Origin: Phycisphaerales bacterium
Lineage (GTDB): Bacteria > Planctomycetota > Phycisphaerae > Phycisphaerales > UBA1924
Direction: 5' to 3'
Length of the DNA: 64,000 bases
Assembly: GCA_965227775.1 (NCBI GenBank)
Contig: OZ245777.1
Location: 288,001-352,000, forward strand
Made by a program: the position numbers and the translations under genes. The notes below the pieces were generated by a model. It did not search any database. It saw only the letters and a program-made list of their open reading frames with translations, and was not told the DNA's origin. Every line of letters begins with the position of its first letter. Position 1 is the stretch's first letter. Shown here piece after piece: positions 58,384 through 64,000 of the stretch.

Positions 58384-58676
58384 GTCCCACCTGCCACCAG
58401 CAAGTCACCGCCGGAGGCGGCTTCGTTATGCCAGCCGGCGGCCCAACGTTTCTATTCGCGGGCGCCCCGATCAGGATCCTTCCGGGATGCGAGTGCGGCA
58501 CAGGAACGCACGATTCACCAGTTTGAAAGGTTTTTGATTGGGTGTTTCGTCAGGTTCCGCTGGGATCCAAATAATTCTCTTGTGTTGACCCGTTGGTTTC
58601 GTGTATACTCACGTCACACGACCAGCCGCCTCGGGGAACGCGGATGAGTGGGGCAAATGTGATAACTCGGTATCCG

Positions 58677-59444
58677 ATGGCAACTCGGCGACTCGCCAGA
58701 AGGCGCTCCCGCGCGTTCACGCTTGTGGACGTGCTGGTGTCGATCGCTGTCATCCTGGTGCTGATTTCGCTCATGATGCCCGCCCTGACCAAGGCGACGG
58801 AGACCGCCCACCGGCTCGTGTGCTCGTCGAACGTGCGGCAGATCGGCATCGCCATGCTGATGTACGCCGACACGAACAAGGATCTGATCCCCCCCACCAC
58901 GTTCTACGACCCCAGACAGAACCGGGCCGAGCAGATGCTCATTCTCAGGCTCACCAGCGTGTCGTCGGTGCCACATGACTACAGCCCCGAGACCGGCGGC
59001 TGGGATGGATTGGGCCTGCTGTACTTCGGCGGTTATCTCGACCACGCCTCGTGCTATTACTGCCCCTCGCACGATGGCGCCCATCCGCTGTCTGAGTACG
59101 CCGACAGCTTCGGTGATCTGCCCGACAACGTCGTCGGCAACTACCAGTATCGTGGTGCCGGCCCCAATGGCCAGCGTCACCTGAGCAAGATTGAGCCACG
59201 CCGCACGGCACTCGTGGCCGATGGCATGCGTCTGCGGAGTGACTACAACCACGATGTTGGCTCGAACGTGATGCGGGCTGACCTCTCGGTCACGTGGTTC
59301 CGCGACTACGGCGGCCGCGTCGTATCTCGCCTGCCGCTGCAAGAGTCCGAGGCTCGTTCGTCCGTCGTAATGGATGCCTGGGCCCTGATCGACGAGCAGC
59401 TCGACGCCGGTGCCGGCGATTCGTGGCCGCCCCGCAAGAAGTAG
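58677..59444 (+). CDS. Prepilin-type N-terminal cleavage / type II secretion-like protein (planctomycete DUF1559-like)
   Basis: RAFTLVDVLVSIAVILVLISLMMPAL..A.E.A....C.SNVRQIG.A..MY; YYCPS; H-X9-D. Confidence 0.85.
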   Translation: MATRRLARRRSRAFTLVDVLVSIAVILVLISLMMPALTKATETAHRLVCSSNVRQIGIAMLMYADTNKDLIPPTTFYDPRQNRAEQMLILRLTSVSSVPHDYSPETGGWDGLGLLYFGGYLDHASCYYCPSHDGAHPLSEYADSFGDLPDNVVGNYQYRGAGPNGQRHLSKIEPRRTALVADGMRLRSDYNHDVGSNVMRADLSVTWFRDYGGRVVSRLPLQESEARSSVVMDAWALIDEQLDAGAGDSWPPRKK

Positions 59445-59476
59445 TCTCCGCCCAAACGGTGTAATCGACTTGTCTT

Positions 59477-59501
59477 GAGCCGGGGTCTTCCCGGCTCTTT
59501 T
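59477..59501 (+). terminator. Intrinsic terminator
   Basis: GAGCCGGG-GTCTT-CCCGGCTC-TTTT. Confidence 0.8.
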
Positions 59502-59625
59502 CGTGTGTGCTTGCGATTGGCTCTGCATCGCAAGCGCCAACCCAATACAGTTGGAGCCGCGTCGATCTACAAGCGTCACCCACCCGGGTGGCCTCGACCG
59601 CCGCACCCACCCAGGAGGTACGTTC

Positions 59626-60687
59626 ATGGGACTGCACCGCGTTCTTTCCACGACGCGCTCCGCGCTCTTCACGGCGATGGCGGCCACGGTGCTGCTGCTT
59701 GCCCCGGCCGCCGATGCCCAGCTAACTCCCGACCGGACGTACTACGGCATCGACCGCGAGATCCCGATCACTGTGAACCTTCCCGGTGGAGCCGAGGGCG
59801 AGGCGACCATCGCGATCTTTAACGAGCGTGGCGACCGCGTGGCGCAGGCGAACGTGCTGGCCGGCCGCGTCGATCTGGCGACGTTCTTCCCGATCTTGTG
59901 GGGACAGCAGCAACCGGTCGTGTTGTTCGCGCAGCTGTACACGTCCGCAGAGTCCGACGCAGCGGCCGATGCAGAGACTCCCATTGGGGCCCCGCTTGTC
60001 CTGCAGCCGCTCGTGTCGCCGCGGCGCGCCGAGGTAACACAGTCGCTCGCTTCCTTCCGACGGGCACGCCAGCGGGCTGAGTGGAGGTGGAACGATGACG
60101 CGTACGTCCCCTTCTTCTCGGGCATGCGCATCTATGAAGACAAACTCGTCAAGATGAACACAACAGAGGGCGAGATTATCTTCCGATTGCGCCCAGACGC
60201 GGCGCCCAACACCGTTTGGCACATCAGGGAACTCGTGCGCGGCGGCTTCTACACCGACATCCCGTTCCATCGTGTGCTACCGACGCATCCAACGGGCAAG
60301 CCGTTCGTCATCCAGGCTGGCGACCCGACCGGCCAGGGCACCGGCGGGCCTGGCGTCCTCATCGATCTCGAGCCCAGCACCCTGGTCCACGATTTTGGCG
60401 TGCTCTCGATGGCTCGAGGGGACGACCCGGACAGCAACGGCTCGCAGTTCTTCGTGGCGCTCAGCCAAGAAGCAACAGTGCACCTCAACGGAAGCTACAC
60501 CGGCTTCGGCCAGGCGGTCAGCGGGGCCGAGACGATCATCGCGATCGAGCAAACGCCTTTGGAAGATCAGCGGATGGGCCGCCCCGCAAATCCGCCGCGC
60601 ATCGTCAGCGCCGAATTGATCGATGCGCCGCCGTTCGGCACCGGTCCGGAACCGGTCCAGCGTCCGCAGGGCTCGGGCGAGCGCTAA
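59626..60687 (+). CDS. Exported cyclophilin-type peptidyl-prolyl isomerase
   Basis: Signal peptide; APNTV, GFY....FHRV, FVIQAGDP, LSMAR, SNGSQFF, HLNGSYT.FG; GGAGG SD. Confidence 0.92.
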   Translation: MGLHRVLSTTRSALFTAMAATVLLLAPAADAQLTPDRTYYGIDREIPITVNLPGGAEGEATIAIFNERGDRVAQANVLAGRVDLATFFPILWGQQQPVVLFAQLYTSAESDAAADAETPIGAPLVLQPLVSPRRAEVTQSLASFRRARQRAEWRWNDDAYVPFFSGMRIYEDKLVKMNTTEGEIIFRLRPDAAPNTVWHIRELVRGGFYTDIPFHRVLPTHPTGKPFVIQAGDPTGQGTGGPGVLIDLEPSTLVHDFGVLSMARGDDPDSNGSQFFVALSQEATVHLNGSYTGFGQAVSGAETIIAIEQTPLEDQRMGRPANPPRIVSAELIDAPPFGTGPEPVQRPQGSGER

Positions 60688-60698
60688 GCGGGCAATCG

Positions 60699-61676
60699 CT
60701 AGAAGCGATAGGACAGGCCGGCGTACAGCACGATCGTGGGGTCGGTCTCCACGCGGGTCAGACGGCTGCCGTTGCTGTCGCTGATCTTGAATCGCCGCCA
60801 GAGCTCGGATCCGACGCCCCCCGTGATCTCGACGCCGGGGGCAGGTTTCCAATTGGCGCCCAGGCGCAGGTCGATCGACTTGTCCTGGAACACACCACCT
60901 GGTGCGAAGCCGTCTTCATCGAGGCGAAAGTTGCGCTCGTTGTAGCCGGATCGCAACTCGAACGAGAGCTCTTCGCTGGCTTGGTAGGACAGCTTCGCGC
61001 CGGTCAGGGTTCCGAGGTGCAGGCTCCACCGCTCGTCGAATTCGAACGTTGCGTCGATGGCGGGTAGCGGCAGGAACTCGACGCTTCCTTCTTGCTCTGC
61101 CGTTGCGAACAAGCTGACGCCCAGCGAGATGTTCTCGGTCACCTGATAGGTCGTGCCGATGCCCGCACGCCAGACGATGGAGTCGCTGACGTCGGCGTTC
61201 CGCTCGCGGGCGAGGCCAATGCCGCCGATCGCGAGCACGGTCCAGCGGCGATCGAAGTTGTGGCTGACGAGCACGTCGATGTTCTGCCGGTTCGTGCTGC
61301 CGACCGGGTCTCCGTCGACCGGGTCGAGGCTAAAGGCCTCTTTGAACTCAAAGAAGGCGAGTTCGTTGCTGACCTGGAACACGGCGCGGGTCCGCATCGA
61401 CAAGAACCAGATCAGATCGAATTCCGTCCGCGTCGTCGCGGTAGTCGCGTCGCCCCCGCCATCAATGTGGGGCACGCTCGCCCCTCGAACGCTCTGAGCA
61501 ACTTCATAAATAAAACGAGGCGGCCCCTGGGGCGCTTGCTGGCCCTCGGGCGAGCCCTCTGGGACCGGCGTGCTCGCGGCGGCCTGCTCGGCGGGCGGTG
61601 GGTCGGGTCGCTCGTCCTGCGGCCACGCCGGAGCCGAAGCCGTAAGAAGGGCGAGAATCGCGAGCATGCTCCGCAT
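60699..61676 (-). CDS. Outer-membrane beta-barrel protein
   Basis: Signal peptide, alternating amphipathic strands, C-terminal AGLSYRF. Confidence 0.8.
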   Translation of the reverse strand: MRSMLAILALLTASAPAWPQDERPDPPPAEQAAASTPVPEGSPEGQQAPQGPPRFIYEVAQSVRGASVPHIDGGGDATTATTRTEFDLIWFLSMRTRAVFQVSNELAFFEFKEAFSLDPVDGDPVGSTNRQNIDVLVSHNFDRRWTVLAIGGIGLARERNADVSDSIVWRAGIGTTYQVTENISLGVSLFATAEQEGSVEFLPLPAIDATFEFDERWSLHLGTLTGAKLSYQASEELSFELRSGYNERNFRLDEDGFAPGGVFQDKSIDLRLGANWKPAPGVEITGGVGSELWRRFKISDSNGSRLTRVETDPTIVLYAGLSYRF

Positions 61677-61800
61677 GGCCGGGCTCCTTGAGGACGGGGG
61701 ACGCCGGAAACCTGCGTGGCCCGGGGCGGGAGGATAGTCTTCACTAATGTCACCCGACGGCGCGGCGTTCGCGGCGGTTGACCCCCATAGGATGGCCGCC

Positions 61801-62706
61801 ATGACCCCACCAGCCGCCCCAGCCGCTCCCACCGATCCGCAAGCCTCGCCAGGCCAGTACGAGGGCAGCGCGGCCCCGCTGCTCTCCGTGCAGAACCTCA
61901 AGACGCACTTCCCCGTCCGCAGCGGTCTGCTGCAGCGGGTGACCGGTTACGTCAAAGCGGTCGACGGCGTGAGCTTCGACCTGGGCCGGGGCGAGACGCT
62001 GGGGCTTGTCGGCGAGTCTGGCTGCGGCAAGACCACGGTCGGCCGGTCGCTGCTCAAGCTCATCCCGGCAACGGGCGGCAAAGTGACATTCGAGGGCAAG
62101 GACGTGCTGAAGTCTCAGGGCGCCGAGATGAAAGCGTTGCGGCGGGACATGCAGATCATCTTCCAGGACCCGGCCGGCAGCCTGAACCCGCGCATGCGCA
62201 TCGCCAGCATCGTGGGCGAGCCGCTGATCGTGCATGGCCTGGTGAAGGATCGCCGGACGCTGCGCAAGCAGGTCGAAGAGTTGCTGGTGCGATGCGGCAT
62301 GCCCGCGGCGGCGGCCGACCGGTACCCGCACGAGTTTAGCGGCGGGCAGCGGCAGCGCATTGGCATCGCTCGCGCGCTCGCGCTCGAGCCCAAGTTCATC
62401 GTGTGCGATGAGCCCACCAGCGCGCTCGACGTGAGCATCCAGGCCCAGATCATCAACCTGCTGACCGACCTGCAGGAAGAGTTCGGCCTCAGCTACCTCT
62501 TCATCAGCCACGACATGGCGGTCATCCAGCACGTGTGCAAGCGCATCGCGGTGATGTACAAGGGCCAGATCGTCGAGACCGGCTCGCGTGATGAGATCCT
62601 CAAGAACCCGCAGCACAAGTATACCCAGAGCCTACTGAGCGCCGTGCCCGAGCCCGATCCCCGCCGCGTGAAGCAACGTGTGATCTTTGAAGGCGGTGCG
62701 ATGTAG
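61801..62706 (+). CDS. Oligopeptide/dipeptide ABC transporter ATP-binding subunit (OppF/DppF-like)
   Basis: [45 protein letters not shown]. Confidence 0.93.
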   Translation: MTPPAAPAAPTDPQASPGQYEGSAAPLLSVQNLKTHFPVRSGLLQRVTGYVKAVDGVSFDLGRGETLGLVGESGCGKTTVGRSLLKLIPATGGKVTFEGKDVLKSQGAEMKALRRDMQIIFQDPAGSLNPRMRIASIVGEPLIVHGLVKDRRTLRKQVEELLVRCGMPAAAADRYPHEFSGGQRQRIGIARALALEPKFIVCDEPTSALDVSIQAQIINLLTDLQEEFGLSYLFISHDMAVIQHVCKRIAVMYKGQIVETGSRDEILKNPQHKYTQSLLSAVPEPDPRRVKQRVIFEGGAM

Positions 62707-62773
62707 CGGATCGCGCATTGGTGACTACACCAAGGCTCGGTAGCCTTGGTAGAACGGCCCTACGGGCCGCTTT

Positions 62774-63739
62774 TCATGCGCGGTGGATCTCTTGCTCTCG
62801 TTGGTTGCGAGCATGGAACAGGAATCTTCGTAGGTCGTCTCGGATGAGTCCGGCCGCGGTCGCCTGCAAGATGATCGCGACGAGGGCGACGAAGAATATG
62901 GCCAGATTCACCAACAAGAGAACGGTCTGAACAACTGTGACCGCTGGCGAAGAAAACAGGCTCAGGATCAGGCTGGTGACAAGAACGGTTGCCACGGAGC
63001 CCGCAACGATCATCGTCGCCCACCACACTTGGCGAGCCTGATTCGCTGCGCGCCGATTGCCCGCGCGGGCGGCCAAACGTCGAAGAACGACGGCGCCACA
63101 AGCGTACTGGGCGAGGAGTACCACACCGAGGCCAACGCCAGCGAACGGCAGCCGTCCGCTCACGAACGGCTCGATGATCGTCAGCGCCGCGAAGTAGAGC
63201 CCAGCCACAACCGCGAGCCAGCGGGCGCTCAGCGGCGCCCGCGAGCCGGCGGGGTCGCCGAGACTCGGATCGGGCGTCGTTGCCATCCACCACCCGAGCG
63301 CCCAGAGACCGATGCAAAGGACCGAAGGAACGCCGACCAGCAGCATCCGCAGCCACGGCAGCGCACCGCCACTCGTAAGCAGCGAGACCGCCAGACTGAG
63401 CACGATGCCACCGATCCACACCGAGAACAAGAGCCCGACGCCCAGCCGCGTGAACAACAGCCCGCGGTCGAGCGCGCGTAGGTACGCCACGCCGGAGAAC
63501 GCGAGCCCATCGCCGCGCATCGACTGAGCGGCCGGCGTGGCGCACTCGGGGCAGTGGCCCTGGTCGGGCAAGCCCGAGAGGTCGTAGCCGCACGTGACGC
63601 AGTGAATGCTGGGGCGCCAACCGCATTCTGGGCAAGGCTGGGTCAATGGAATCGAAGTGAGATCATGGCCGCATGCGCTGCACGATCGGCCGCGATCGAT
63701 TGGCTTGGGTTGTAGCCGGGCATGCCGTTTCGACGTCAT
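62774..63739 (-). CDS. Membrane protein with two N-terminal double zinc ribbons
   Basis: CSACGHDL....CPECG and CVTCGYDL....CPECA followed by ~6 TM segments. Confidence 0.8.
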   Translation of the reverse strand: MTSKRHARLQPKPIDRGRSCSACGHDLTSIPLTQPCPECGWRPSIHCVTCGYDLSGLPDQGHCPECATPAAQSMRGDGLAFSGVAYLRALDRGLLFTRLGVGLLFSVWIGGIVLSLAVSLLTSGGALPWLRMLLVGVPSVLCIGLWALGWWMATTPDPSLGDPAGSRAPLSARWLAVVAGLYFAALTIIEPFVSGRLPFAGVGLGVVLLAQYACGAVVLRRLAARAGNRRAANQARQVWWATMIVAGSVATVLVTSLILSLFSSPAVTVVQTVLLLVNLAIFFVALVAIILQATAAGLIRDDLRRFLFHARNQREQEIHRA

Positions 63740-63830
63740 CAATCATGATACTGCTAGTAGCCTTGTACATCTTGGCGCAGGCTTGATCCTGGTTTAGCGC
63801 AGGACGCGATCGAAGCAGATACTCTGCTTT

Positions 63831-64000
63831 ATGCGAAAGAGCATCATCGCCTCGGTGATTGCGGCCGTAGCTCTTGCGGCAGCAGTCGCTGATCCGGCAG
63901 GTGTCCAGCGTACCGGACTCCTTGCATCATCGACGCACGGGCTCACGCTCTCGCTCGGTCCCTGGCAGGGATTCACCGTTCCTGATCTGGGCGCTATTCA
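63831..64000 (+). CDS. N-terminus of a secreted protein (3' truncated by window edge)
   Basis: MRKSIIASVIAAVALAAAVA signal peptide, frame open to the window end, TACTCT box 5 nt upstream. Confidence 0.6.
   Translation, partial: MRKSIIASVIAAVALAAAVADPAGVQRTGLLASSTHGLTLSLGPWQGFTVPDLGAI

Noticed and set aside
1..64000. CRISPR arrays, tRNA/rRNA genes, transposases, integrases or prophage
   Set aside because: No regularly spaced repeats, cloverleaf/T-loop signatures or mobile-element motifs recognised by eye; tRNAscan/Infernal would be needed to exclude small RNAs

Overview
High-GC, densely coding bacterial chromosome segment. It is most consistent with a Phycisphaerales-type planctomycete (inference from GC-type dockerin-tailed secreted proteins, a prepilin/H-X9-D protein and zinc-ribbon membrane proteins). 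It is mostly core genome: a LysW-dependent (alpha-aminoadipate) lysine operon lysW-X-Y-Z-K, pdxJ, an atypical rho, ptsI, RNase E/G, dxr, gyrA, valS, a split dcw remnant (rsmH-LysM-ftsL-ftsI / sppA-ftsW-murG; no ftsZ/ftsA here), a GGDEF protein, manA, fabZ, dxs-ispA, an ECF sigma/anti-sigma pair and a cyclophilin. I found no rRNA, tRNA, CRISPR array or mobile element. The best hidden signal is absent from the ORF track: a Lys-rich leader peptide (858-941) with a duplicated anti-terminator segment and an intrinsic terminator directly upstream of lysW, i.e. a probable lysine-sensing transcription attenuator. Other notable items: TAnnnT boxes 5-7 nt before many start codons (leaderless architecture), an orphan degenerate dockerin remnant, tandem pseudopilin-like paralogs, a perfect AT-rich inverted repeat before dxs, an 18-Cys acidic metallothionein-like protein and a long coiled-coil gene pair. 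All assignments come from motif recognition by eye; no searches were run.
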